Source of the DNA: Azolla caroliniana
Lineage: Eukaryota > Plantae > Polypodiophyta
Assembly: GCA_043228905.1 (NCBI GenBank)
Contig: JBHGNT010000007.1
Location: 14,632,001-14,696,000 of the forward strand
Reading direction: 5' to 3'
Length of the DNA: 64,000 bases
Part shown: one piece after another, positions 51,340 through 64,000 of the stretch
Layout of the letters: the number at the start of each line of letters is the position of its first letter
Position numbering within the stretch: position 1 is the first letter of the stretch
Made by a program: the position numbers and the translations under genes
Notes under the pieces: generated by a model
What the model saw: only the letters and a program-made list of their open reading frames with translations
Database searches by the model: none
What the model was told of the DNA's origin: nothing

Positions 51340-54300
51340 AAAAGACATCCCTACCTCCTTGTGTCTGATACACTTTGGCGGAGGGCGAATACTCACCAAA
51401 ATAGGATAGCAACCCATCTTCTGTGACCTTGTTGACAGCGTCGAACCCTCATCTTGGCATCTCCAACACCGCTCTTACCTTCTTATTAGTGATCGTCAAG
51501 ACATCGATTTCTGCTATCAGAGCTTCAACGTGCGGGTGTGACTCTACTTCTGTGACTTTCAAGAATCCTTGTAAATTATTCCGAATGAGCCAGCGGCGCA
51601 AGTTATTAGATACGGTAATCAACATATTGTCGTCGTCGATTGATAGATCGTCGCTTTGTGGTGGCGATGGAAAACGATGTGGGCTATGGCGAAGAAGATT
51701 AGAAAACCTGTGAGCTCAAATGTGTTTCTGTTTCTGTGATGAAACAGACATTACAGAAATAGGTTTTAAGGAATTAATTTTTTGCATGATGCCTAGGGAA
51801 TAAAAGTATTATTAATGTAGGTAATGACTAGGTGTACTAGTGGAGTAATAGCTAGACATAGCAATAATGACTAATAGAAACATGCCTCCACTACTTCTTA
51901 CTAATAGCCTTCTTAAATCATTCCAAGATTCTCTTCTTGATAGTTAGTTATGATTTGGCAAGAAAATTTTGTATAGTTAGTTTTTTTTTTTATACTTTTC
52001 TTCCAATTCAGCCTTAAATGGATTTTCCGACATGTCTCCATAATATGGCTTAAGCTGGAAACCATTGACCCACTTCGGCAAAATCTCACTTGATAGGGTT
52101 CCCAGTTGATACGTAACATTTTTACCGTTCACGATCCAAACTGGTCCTGTCCATCTATAGCGAAGTTTACTTGGCATAGCCCCCATCTTGGTTTGAAAAA
52201 CAAGTACCGGTTTCCCGATCCCGAATTGAGTTTCGGTTTTTCGTAGGTGTCGATTTACAAATGCCTTCGTTTTCCTTTGCTTGTGCTCCAAAGCTGACAT
52301 AGCTTGTATTCAGTCTTCTTCTAACAACAATAAAGATTCCTTCCGAAATTGCTCCAATTGTAGTTCGTTTAATTTTTCGGTTGCTTGTATTCGGAGTGTC
52401 AGAATCTGGAATTTGATTGGCATAACTACCTCCAATCCAAAAGCCATTCGGAAAGGTGTTGATTTAATAGATGTTTTGTACGATGTGCGATATGACCATA
52501 AAGCACTATGTAACTTTTGATCCTAGTTCGTACGATTCTCATTTATTATCTTTTTGAGTATTGTCTGGAGGGTTTTGTTTGTCAGCTCGAACAAGCCATT
52601 CGCTTGTGGATAGTAAGGCATGCTTTTCTTATGAACCACTGAATAGTATGTAGACAATTCGTGAACAATCTTGTTAATGAAACATGTACCTTGATCGCTC
52701 ACTCATTCTATTGGGCAACCGAATCTACACCATATACTTTCATACAAAAATTTTGTTGTTGAAGCTGACGTATTATCCCTAAGAGCTTTAGCTTCTACCC
52801 ACTTCGTGGAGTAGTCAGTGGCAACTATAATATATCGATTGCTTGTTCTTACTGCTGCCGGTTTGAATGGGCCTACAAATCCAAACCCCATTTCTAGAAA
52901 GGTTCAAGAGGTAACACAGGTTGAAACGGCATCCCGTCCTTTTCTATCGGTTGTCCCATACGTTGGCATAAATCACATTTCCGACAATATTCGACTACAT
53001 CCTTCATCACTATCAGCCACCGTAAGCCACTGTTCCATATTTTTTTGGCTGTGGTTTCTCCAGCATAGTGCCCTCCTGCAATTCCACGGTGCGATTCCCT
53101 AAGAATGACCAGTTTTTTGAATTGTCGTACTGCTCTTCTCCAAATACCATCTGCTCCTTTATGATACAGAGTGTCGTTCAAAAGACAAAAATTACGAATC
53201 CGTACCGCCAACCTTTTCCTTTCGTCTGCCGATAGATGTTTGGGTGGTATCCCTGTTGTAAGAAAGATTGTCATCTTTGAGATCCAAGCATCCTCACTTT
53301 CTTCATTTATATCCTCTGCATTTACTGCTTCCACTTGAAAAAGTTGGGCATCCGGAAAATCATCCTTGACACCTGTGCCTTCTTCTCCTGACTCCAGTCG
53401 ACTGAGATAATCGGCCACTGCATGCTGTACTCCTGGCCGATGTAAAATGTTGAATTCGAATTCTTGGAGTAGAAGAGTCCATCTTGCTAACTTACCAGTT
53501 AACTCCTTTTTGGAGACCAAATAAAGAAGAGCCAAATGATCAACATGAAATGTAAACTTTTTCCCCAAAAGATACCGTTGAAATTTATTGACACTATAGA
53601 TCATTCCTAAAGCTTCCCTCTCAGTTGTAGAATAGTTTCTTTCCGTTGTTGAGAGTTTCCGACTAGCATAGTACACTGGCCTGTACCAATTCGGTTCGGT
53701 CAACTACATTAATGCACTTCCTATTGCGATGTCCGATACATCGACAAAAACATGGAACGGCTTATTCCAGTCAGGTGGTTGAACCACAGGAACTTTGGAC
53801 AATATTTTCTTGAGACAGTCATATGCATCCTGTTCCACAGTTGTCCACTGAAAAGGAACTCTGTGCACTGTTGTATTTAAGGGAATGGCGATATCCGCAA
53901 GATATCTTATCATTCTGTTGTGCCATCTAATCTGACCTAAAAACCGACTGAGAGCTTTAGCATTTGTGGGTGCCAGTGCTTCTAGTATGGCTTTAACCTT
54001 GTCGGGGTCCACTGCAATTCCTTCTTGACTGACAATATGGCCTAATAATGTGCCACTAGTGACCCCGAATGCACATTTTTCTGGATTTAAACTAAGCCGA
54101 CCTATCCGACATTTCTCCAAACATAGTCATAAATGCTCAAAATGTTCGTTTTTTCGACTATAAACCGCAAAATCATCCAAAAAGACTTGCATAAATGCAG
54201 GAATGTAATCCCCAAATATTTCTTGTATCACTCTTTAGAATGTCGTCGGGGCGGTCTTCAAGCCAAACATCATTACTACCGCTACAAACACTCCCCATTC

Positions 54301-57300
54301 TGTAACAAAAGCTGTCTTTTCTTGATCTTCCGGATTCATCGAACCTGATTATAACCACTAAAACCATCTAGGAAACTATAGACTTCATGGCTAGCTACCG
54401 CATCCAGTATAACATCCGTAAATGGTAATGGGAACGCATCCGTAATGGTAGCCGCATTCAGTTTTCGGTAGTCGACACATACCTGAATCTTGCCATTCTT
54501 TTTCGGAACTACTACGATTGGGCTTAACCATGTCGATTTTTTCACCGGACGAATAAACCCTACTTTCAAATGTTTATCTATTTCTTCCTTTACTTTAATA
54601 GCATAATTAGGGTTTAATCGGTACCTGCGTTGTTGAACTGGCTTTACATCCTTATGCAGGTTGATTTGATGTTGACAGAAAGCTGGGTCAAGTCCCTTCA
54701 TATCTTCAAAAAACCATGCAAAGACATCCTTATATTGCTTTAATAATGCCGTTAACCGTTGTTTGTCATCTTCTATCATATCTTTAGCAATGAGTATTGT
54801 TTTCAACTTATTGTCATTATCTTCTTCTGCCAAATTTATTTCCTCCAATGCTGAAGCTTGAACTCATTGGGACACCTTCATCTCTCTGCCGGTAGCTTCT
54901 TGCTAGAGTCGTATTTCCTTCATTGTTTGCTCATCTATTGACGATTCTTCCTGGGAATCCACATATGGTGTTAGGGCTTGTAAAATATCCACTTCGAACA
55001 AAGGAATGATTTTCGGATTATCATCAAAATACTGATTTTCTTCGACCTCATCTAATCCTTTTATCATATTGACAGACTCAGCATGCATTGGCAAACATTG
55101 TTTGCTTGTCACAACCTTGTTCTGTGTAGACACCCAGATTTTCGTTTTGCCTTCTCTAAATGTCAATTGATTTTGATTCCAATTCTGCTTGATTTTAGCA
55201 GTCTTTAACCATGGCCGACCTAATAGCAAGGGATATGCACCAAGAGCTTCCAAATGAAGTATTATTGCCGATATCAGAAAACTATGACTACCCAACAACA
55301 CCTCTAATTGTCGAAGTAAGCCAATTAGTCGTACCGTACTGGTATCTGCCATTCTTAGCCAAAATGGGCAAGGTTCCCATTTAGTAATACCCAACCTATC
55401 ACAAGTGGTTTTATTAATGACATTTACTCCTGAGCCACCATCGACAATCACATTTTTAATTTCCTGACTATGAATTATTACTTTAATCGATGGATTTTGC
55501 TCATCCATGATTGAAGGGCTAGTGCTCGGCTGACTATAGTGTACCGATACTTGTTCTGACCCTTCTCGGGCAATCAATGTCGCCACTTTTTCCGTAAATC
55601 TAGGAACCAACTTAAGTAATCCGGTTAGTGGTAGTGATACTTGGCAATCGACCAAGATCTTCCAAGTTTCCTCTTGTTCTGGTACAACCGTAGTTCTTGG
55701 TAATTCAGTAGCTTGGTTAATTTCATTGTCTTGGAGCATCCGGTTTACATTATTTTGGTTTGCTTCCTCTACCCATTCCTTGGTTGCTTTACGGACTGCT
55801 TCCAGAATCTCCCACTGAGATTGTTTACTTTTGCTTCTAGTGGTTACTTGCTATATTTCTGGTATAACCATATTAACTACTGGTCCTTTTCCTTTAGCAG
55901 GGCACTGATTAGCATAATGACCAGTTTAACGGCAAATATAGCAAGTAGGAACAAACGTTCCACTTCCCTCGCCATGCACAAACTGACCAGTCCCATCATT
56001 TTGCATTAAATTGTTGACCATCATTCCCATTGGAATTCAGTGATTGCTGAAACTGTTGTGAGGCTTTCGACTTGTAGACTTTTTTATTTTTATACCGGTT
56101 CTGCTTAAACCGTCCTCCATTTTGCTGTTGTTGATTCATATTCGGTACTACTGAGAATTCTTGATTTTGTTGAAAATCTTGATTGTGCTGAAAATTATTT
56201 TGTTGAAAAGTTGGATTCTGTTGAAAATTAGTTTGCTGAAAGGCTTGATTTTGTTGAAAATTATGTTGTTTTTGTGGAAAACTATTCTGTTGGTACCCAT
56301 TATTGCACGAATTCTGGTTATTGTGGTACCCGTTTTCCAGAAAAAATTGTCTTACCAGAGCCGTCGTTTTATTGAGCAAGTTATACTCACATTGCTCGAC
56401 CGAATGAAGTTTAGAATGACATATTGTGTAGTGCATTCGTAGACTACATTCGATCGCCGAATGACTAGTATTTAAACAAGTAGTACACTGAATTGCTTGT
56501 CAAAATTGTAACTCCTCCATCATTGGCAGTGTACGATTTAGTGCTGACATATCCATACTCCGTACATTTATCGGATGTCGGCCCATAGCGATAGCCTTAT
56601 CAATCACTTGCTCGATATTCTGATTCCGGAAATCGAATACCTTGAGTGTTGTTCGTAATGGTTCACGAATTGCTTCAAGGAATGCATCATTCAATTCATT
56701 GTCTGAAATAGGCTTAGAAATTTGAAGTTGTAAATTCTGAAAACGGATCATGAATTGAGACACTGTTTCCTGCTGCTCTTGATACAACGCATAAAATTGT
56801 GCTATCAAATCCTTTTGAGGTATCTGACAATGAAATAACTACAGAAATTTGATGGTCAATTGTTCGAAGGTTTCGAACCCACGGAGACCATTTTGCGCAG
56901 ACCAATTAGCAGAATAACCCTCCAATGACAACACGAACTCAACAATCTTAGTCTTATCTTCGGCTACCGCCGACAGTCTCTGAGCCCCATGGTTAATCTT
57001 CCATGTTGTCAAGAAATCCCTCACATGCACTTCTGCATCAATTCCTTCACAGAACTTAGAACAGATAAGGCATATTTTCCTCACTCCAGATATCGTAAAA
57101 TGATACCTCTTCCGGCTGATTTTCTTGTGAAGACTGGCTATCAGTTAAATCAGGAAGTACATACCACCTTTTACTTGTTTCCGCCTGTAATTCCTCAACC
57201 GATTCTGTCTCTAGCGCCTTCGTAATAGAATGCGTACGAGGACGTTTACAACCGATTGGTGTATCGGGATCAGACGAAATCCATTCGTCTTGTTCTTTGC

Positions 57301-57700
57301 TATGTGCAGATGTAATCGGGCGTGCCAAAATTATATTGTGTTGTTCGGTCGACAATTACTATTTTGCTGACATAGTATAAGATGAACGTTCGCACCGAAC
57401 GTTCTATCAAGAAGTTGTGGATAGATGAATAGATATGAATTATCTGTAAATTTAAGCGTGATAACAGACACCGAGATCATGACTTATGTAATATAGCTTA
57501 GACAGAAGGAAGTAGATGGCAAGAGCGATCCGTACACAGAGGTTTCCTAGCTAACTTTATATTACTAAATACAACGATAGATTTTTACAATGCCTTCGGT
57601 TCCTTTTATAGGTAACCCGAAGGTCTTTTCTCATCAAGAAATCCCGCTGCCTATAATTATCAAGATTTACAAAAATTCGTAACTAACTATGTCCTATTCG
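51340..57700 (-). mobile_element. Decayed non-chromovirus Gypsy G (Athila/Tat-like): gag ~57355-56000, PR-RT-RH-INT 55739-51977, LTR remnant ~57400-57700
   Basis: IVDGGSGVN, CVDYRKLN..DAFPLP, FLDGFSGYNQ, VFLDD, VDVSDIAIG, YSTTEREAL, TDYSTKWVEA, RWTGP; TATAAAA on - strand at ~57610; ends not resolved. Confidence 0.82.
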
Positions 57701-57713
57701 GCTATCTGTTGAG

Positions 57714-60519
57714 TCATCGATCCGAACTGTCGATCCGACTCCGACGCATCCATACTTGTCCGGGTAACAGCGTTTGTATCTTCACTTGGTCTCGTCTGAC
57801 GATCAACATGTCGTTCACGTACAGGAGGAGTATAAGGAAGTCTTCTACGACTCCCAGTCGGCAAGGGTCTTGCCCTCCATGAAGATAATATCTCGACTCT
57901 GGAACACCTTCTTGTCGACCGGATCCCACACTCGGTAGCCGAACTTATCATCGCCGTATCCGAGGAATATGGAAGGCCGGGACATTGGACCCAACTTTGC
58001 TCTTCGGTCCTTTGCCGCATGCACCTAAGCAAGACACCGGAACACCTTCAGGTGCCGGTGAGACACTTCCTTACCGGTCCATACTCTCTGTGGCGTGTCT
58101 TCGTCCAAGGGCACTGACGGTGACCTGTTTATCATGTATGTCACTGTCGCTAGCGCTAGTTCCGGCGTCTTCGGCACGACAAATTCGAGCCGAATTCCCT
58201 TCGACCGGCAATACTCCTCAAACTGCCCCCGGTATTCACCTTCGTTGTCTACTCAAACCGCCTTTAGCTTCCGGCCGGTTTCTCTTTCCATTCTTGTGTG
58301 GAGCTCCTTGAAGATGGATTATAACACCTGATCCTTCATCTTCAACGGTGTTGCCCACAACTTTCGGTTGTGGTCATCTATGAACGTCACGAAGTACTGC
58401 GCTCCGGCATGTGACTTCGTGTCTACTTGACACACATCGGTATCCACCAACTCCAGTGGTGCATTACATCTCATCGGTGGCCTTGATCGGAAGGAGGTCC
58501 GGTTTTGCTTACCGGCCAGGAAGTCGGTGCACCTCTCAAGATGCACATACTTTACCGGAATGAGGTTGTCTTTGGCAAGCCTCCTCATCCCCTTCTCGCT
58601 CATGTGACAGAGTCTCTTGTGCCACAGCTCACCGGCATTGTTGGATACCACGTTCACGTCTTCCGGGCATAACCGGGCATTCATAAGGTACAATGTGTTG
58701 ACTTTCCGGGCCCGAGCCACTCTCATGCTCCCTTTGCTGAATTTCATGACACCGTTCCGAGCCACTATCACCCTTCATTATCTAGCCGACCAGCTGATAT
58801 CAGGTTCAGTCGAACCTCCGGAACGTGTCGAACATCCTTCAACAGCAACTTGCATTCGATTGATGTTGTCAGCCACACGTCTCCTATGCTGACAATTCGG
58901 CATGTACCTTCATTCCCCATCCGGACACAACAATGATCATCGTCCGTGTAGGATGAGAAACATTTCTGGTCCGGGGTAAGGTGGAACGACGCTCCGTAAT
59001 CGACAACCCACGTTGTCTCATCACCGGCAAGGTTCAACTCACTCTCCTCGATGATGAGCATCAACTCTTCTTCACTTGCCACAATTGCCGTCGTTCCCTT
59101 CCGATCCGGTGACCGCTTCAAATCGGTACTATCAGTTTCCTTGTTTTTCCGGAAATGCCGACAATTCTTCTGGAACTGCCCCGGCTTCCCACAGTAGGAG
59201 CAAGTGGGTCTTCCCCTTGACTTTGGCCGTGTCCCCGACTTTTCCCGGTTCTAGGGACTCCGGTTTCTTTGTCTTCCGCGTTCCGATTCAGTAAGGAGCG
59301 CTTTGGAGTCAAAGCTCGTATCCTTGTCTTTCCGACGCGCCTCCTCATCTAGCAAGGTCGACTTGACTCTTGCTAGGGATAACTGTTTTCCTTCCACCCC
59401 GGCGTTGCCCAAAGTGACAACCAACGTCTCCCAACTATCCGAGAGAGAACCGAGCAGGAGCAGTGCTAGTACCTCATTGGCGAGAGGTACTTCCAACGAT
59501 GTTGCCTGGTGTATCAGCCCCTGGAAGGCATTCATGTGCTCCACCATGCTGGAGCCATCTTGGTACCGGAATCTTACTAGCTTCCGGAATACCAAAACCC
59601 GATTAACAACATTTTTTCTCTAAAACATAATGTCGATCTTCTCCCAGAGCTCATGAGCCTTGCTCTGTTCATTGAAGTTGTTGTACAGGCTCATGTCGAT
59701 GAAGCACCCGATGTATCCCGTCATCCTCATGTACATCACCTCCCACATCATTGCGTCGATCTTGTCCGGTCTCTTGTCCCCAAAGTCAATCGGCAACCAA
59801 AGATCTTAAACCACGAGCATGTCCCTCATCTTCGACTTCCACATTGAGTATTTGGAGACAATGAGCTTGAACATGCCTCCGAACAAATCTTCCATTTTCT
59901 GTGTCGTTTCACTCTGATACCAAATTGATGAGAATATGCGGAATAATCTTCGGCCACAACCGAGACTTGGATCACTTAATGATAATCAAACACAGTAAAA
60001 ATGGAGAAATGGAAGTAAGTACACAAACAGAAGAGAATGTGCAGGATGTTAACATGGAAAACCCTAAACGGGAAAAACCACGGGAGCCCACAGACTCCAA
60101 ACTATCACTATATGAGGAGAATACAATGAAGAACATAGAGGCAACAACCTCGTCCTCACACTCTTCGCCTGGCGGCGGTTACAACAGAGACTATCTATCT
60201 ATCTATTACGCTCTGTACAACAGTTACACTCAATACCACTATACAACAAATAATGACAACACAACACAACTACAATACATTGTTTGCCCTAGGTCATATT
60301 TATACTAATATGACTTTCGGGCTATTTACAAATATAACCCCAATGGGCTCTCACAAACATATTTACATATATGTCCCTTTATCCGGTGAGAGGTTCTTCC
60401 TTGCCTGCGTCATCCGGTTCTCATCGGGTCTTCCTTGCCGGGTACTCATCATCCGGTTCTCAACGGGTCTTCCATTGCCGGGTACTCATATCCCATCTGG
60501 AGGGACCGAAATCCTAACA
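57714..60519 (-). mobile_element. 5' part of Copia C: LTR 59926-60519, PBS 59912-59922, gag-PR-INT with multiple internal deletions
   Basis: TGGTATCAGAG; MEDLFGGMFKL gag start ~59895; LLLGSLSDSWE; WVVDYGASFH; WHKRLCHMS; joined fragments 57714-58320. Confidence 0.86.
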
Positions 60520-61260
60520 CAGGAGTCCAAACAAATGATTGATTTTTCTTGGTGAGTTGAGTAAGTGGCAATACAATCTTGGAATAATTCCATATGAATT
60601 TGTGGTAGAAGTTGGCAAATCGAAGGAAATACTGGACATCGCGAACAGAACTTGGAGTATGCCATTCCAATACTGTTTGAACTTTCACTGTATCCATGAA
60701 GATACCTTTGGATGAAATGGTATAACCCAAGAACTCAACTTCTTTGCAATCAAAATTGCACTTCTCTAGTTTGGCATAAAGACCATACTCTCTTAAGCGT
60801 TGGAGTACCTTCCGTGCGTGTATATCATGCTCCGCTTGTGTTCAAGAGTAAATCAATAGATCATCTAAATAGATGATAGGAAAGATATCTAGAAAATCTT
60901 GGAAAATGTCATTTGCCATATGTTGAAACACGGCAGGAGCATTTGTGAGCCCAAAATGCATAACTGTATACTCGAAATTGCCATATCAAGTGCGAAATGC
61001 AGTTTTCCACTCGTCTCCCGGTCGAATACGAACAAGATTATATGCACCCCTTAGATCAATCTTTGTAAAATACTTTGCCCCACCAATGCGCTCTAAAAGA
61101 CTGGAAATTAAAGGTAGAGCATACCTATTTCTTATTGTCACTTTATTTAATCCGTGATAATCCACGACCAAATGAAGTGAGCCGTCATTTTTTTCACGAA
61201 AAAGATAGGAGCACTAGCTGAAGACTTTGAATGTCAAATAAATCCACTTGCAAGATTCTT
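60520..61260 (-). pseudogene. Chromovirus (D-related) RT fragment
   Basis: [63 protein letters not shown]. Confidence 0.86.
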
Positions 61261-61265
61261 GTCAA

Positions 61266-61794
61266 TGTAAGCACACAAACAGAAGAGAATGCACATGATG
61301 TTAATGTAGAAAACCCTAAACGGGAAAAACCAGGGGAGCCCACATACTCCAAACTATCACTATATGAGGAGAATATAATGAAGAACACAGAGGCAACAAC
61401 CTCGTCCTCACACTCTTCGCCTGGCTGTGGTTACAACAGAGACTTACTCTGTTTCTCTCTCACTCTCTCGCTCTCTGTTACGCTATGTACAATAGTTACA
61501 CTCAATAACACTATACAACAAAATAATGACAACTCACTGCAAGAGTTTGCCCTAGGTCATATTTATACTAATATGAATTTCGAGCTATTTACAAATATAG
61601 CTCTAGTGGGCTATCTGGAACATATTTACGTATATGTCCCTTCATCGGGTGAGAGGTTCTCCCCGGGCCTGCAACATCCGGTTCTCAACGGGTCTTCCTT
61701 GCCGGGTATTCATCATCAGGTTCTTACCGGGACTACATCATCCGGTTCTCACCGGGCCTTCATCATCCCATCCGGAGGGACCGAAATCCTAACA
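61266..61794 (-). repeat. Truncated Copia C LTR
   Basis: Aligns with ~60014-60519, ends ...GAAATCCTAACA. Confidence 0.85.
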
Positions 61795-62089
61795 GAAACC
61801 ATATGGCCGATGTCGAGGAATCTTTGATCGATAACATACATCATAAGTAGAAACATAGTCCATGGCAAATTGACGAACCTGAGGCCACCAATAATTTCGG
61901 GTAACTAGCTCCAATGTTTTCAAAACTCTGAAATGTCGAGCTAATGGTGAATCATGGCAGTGCCACAAGAATACTAGTTGAGAAGGTCCATTGGGAATAT
62001 AACTACAGTTGTTTTGAAAAAGCAACCCACCATGCCAACTGAAGTTCCTATAATCTATGCAAGAAAACTTGGAGCATGAACATGAAGCA
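61795..62089 (-). pseudogene. Chromovirus integrase zinc-finger fragment
   Basis: CHDSPLARHF..KTLELVTRNYWWP..KIPRHRPYG. Confidence 0.8.
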
Positions 62090-63976
62090 TGAAAGGAATA
62101 TGCGAAATATTGCTCGGTCACAACCGAATCTTAGTATCAACCATAGAAAGATGGGAATAGGAAGAAATGCACGTATACACACAAACAATAGAGCAAGAGA
62201 GAGTACATAGGATGTTTACGTGGAAAACCCTAAATGGGAAAAACCACGGGAGCCCACTAGCTCCAAACTATCAGTATGTCTAGAAGAATACAACAAAAGG
62301 AACACAGAGGCAACGACCTCTTGCTCACAACCTTCGCCTGGCGGCAGTTACAACAGAGACTCACTCTTACAATGATCTGCAACAACTCTAAATAGTCTTT
62401 GCCCTAGGTCATATTTATACTAATATGACTTTCGGGCTATATACAAATATAGCCACAATGGGCTAATAGAAACGTATTTACATCTATGTCCCTTCATCTG
62501 GTGAGAGGTTCTCACCGGGCCTGCGTCATCCGATTCTCACCGGGTCTTCCTTGCCGGGTACTCATCATCTGGTTCTCACCAGGTCTTCTGTTGTCGGGTA
62601 TTCATATCCCATCCGGAGGGACCAAAATCCTAACAAACTCCCCCTTCACTCTGGTATGGGATGCCTTGTCAATTTGATCCTCTTCCTGCATGCATCTAGG
62701 TTGTCAGGTGTTAGCACTTTTGTCAGGATATCTGACCCATTCCTCCTCCGTGTGAATTTTCATCAGCACGAACTCCCGATCTTCTACTCGCTCCCGGATC
62801 TAGTGGTACCTGCGTTGGATGTGCTTTGTCCTGGAATAATAGGCAATGTTCTTTGCAAGGTGGATGGCACTCTGACTGTTGCAGTAGACCTGGTATTCCT
62901 CTTCCCGGATCCCTAGCTCTCCGATGAAGTTCTTCATCCACAGTATTTCCTTTCCGGCTTCTACAGCTGCCATGTACTCCGCTTCCGTGGTTGACAACGC
63001 AACCGTCTTCTGTAGGCTCGACTGCCACGAAATAGCTCCCCCTGAATATTTCATGACATATTTGGATGTTGACCAGCTGGTATCCGCATCAGCTGACATG
63101 TCCGAATCCGTGAATCCGTTGAGTTGGGGTTACCTGAGCCGAATCAGAGGCACATACTCGTAGGGCCCTTCAAATACCGGAGTATCCATTTTACCGCATT
63201 CTAGTGCTCCTTGCTAGGATTGCTCATGAACCGGCTCACCACTCCTATTGCGTATCCGATATCCGGCCGGGTACACACCACTGCGTACATAAAGCTACCG
63301 ACATCAAAGGCATATGGTATCTTCATCATATCAACCTTCTCTGCCTTCATCTTTGGGCCTTTGCTTACCGGATAATCTACAGTTTTCCGGGAGTGTCGAT
63401 CTGACTGGTTTCGCATCTGACTTGTTGAACCGTTGAAGCACCTTTGTCACATATTTCTCCTGTGACAGCCACAATTGCTTCTTTGACCGGTCCCGGATGA
63501 TATGCATCCCAGTATCTGTCTTGTTGGACCCAAGTCTTTCATTCAGAAGGTCCGGTTCAGAGCCTTCTTCAGCATCCGTATCTTGACTTAGTCTTGTCCA
63601 ACGATCAACATGTCATCCACGTACAGGAGGAGTATCATGAAGTCTCCACCTTCGAACTTTGTCACAAATACACAATGATCGGCCTGCGTCTTGTGGTACC
63701 CTTGATCAGTCATGAAGGAGTCGAACTTCCGGTACCATTGCCGGGGAGCCTGCTTCAAACTGTAGAGGCTCTTCGTCAACCGGCAAACTAGGTGGTCCTT
63801 CCCTTTCTTCACAAATCCCTCCGGTTGCTGTATGTAGAACTCTTCTTCGAGGTCGCCGTGGAGGAACATTGTCTTCACATCTAACTACTCTACCTCAAGG
63901 TCCATGCTTGCTGCTATGTTCAGCACCGTCTGGATGGAAGTCATCTTTACTATCGGGGCAAATATCTCGTCGACGT
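62090..63976 (-). mobile_element. 3' part of another Copia C: RT/RNase H, PPT ~62638-62650, 3' LTR 62090-62635
   Basis: LLYVDD, ALSTTEAEY, KHIQRRYH; PPT agtgaagggggag; LTR aligns with 59926-60519. Confidence 0.88.
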
Positions 63977-64000
63977 TGTCGTGCCTTTCGGCGCCGGATC
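63977..64000 (+). mobile_element. Probable start of a further LTR element (F-like terminus) inserted in Copia C RT
   Basis: RT similarity stops at ACGT, then TGTCGTG, identical to the first 7 nt of the F 3' LTR on its sense strand; only 24 nt visible. Confidence 0.45.

Noticed and set aside
51025-51426. Cys/Tyr/His-rich ORFs
   Set aside because: Translation of TATG/TATTG microsatellite
57384-57625. Self-priming signal or PBS for Gypsy G; hairpins at 57384-57404 and around the TATA box
   Set aside because: Only ~6 nt of complementarity and the LTR boundary is unresolved

Overview
Eukaryotic, intron-containing land-plant DNA. The retroelement types suggest a seed-free plant, but this is inference only. 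There is one host gene: a 13-exon ENTH-domain EPSIN2/3-like clathrin interactor on the - strand (CDS 17551->10280, ~719 aa). Left of it is a very young head-to-tail array of a Tnt1/Tork-like Copia element (4938-bp unit) whose copies share an LTR and carry the same frameshifting deletion. From 25.4 kb to the end is a dense retrotransposon nest. I resolved a four-level stack with TSDs: Gypsy integrase relic > chromovirus D (29903-48336) > Copia E (33885-46629) > GC-rich Gypsy F (39408-46462). There are also several Copia 'family C' pieces, an Athila/Tat-like Gypsy G and a hAT-like fragment. Chromovirus D is the most interesting: it has no tRNA PBS but a 12-nt PBS complementary to its own predicted transcript start (Tf1-type self-priming), an in-phase heat-shock-element array next to its TATA box, a tRNA-derived A/B-box segment at the LTR end, and a -1 frameshift signal. 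Gypsy F uses a tRNA-Trp primer, frameshifts after the protease, and makes a 4-bp ACGT TSD; a second ACGT|TGTCGTG junction lies at the window edge. Copia E has a duplicated PPT enclosing an extra ~150-aa pol tail. Letters A-G are my own labels. All alignments and counts were done by eye; no database was searched.
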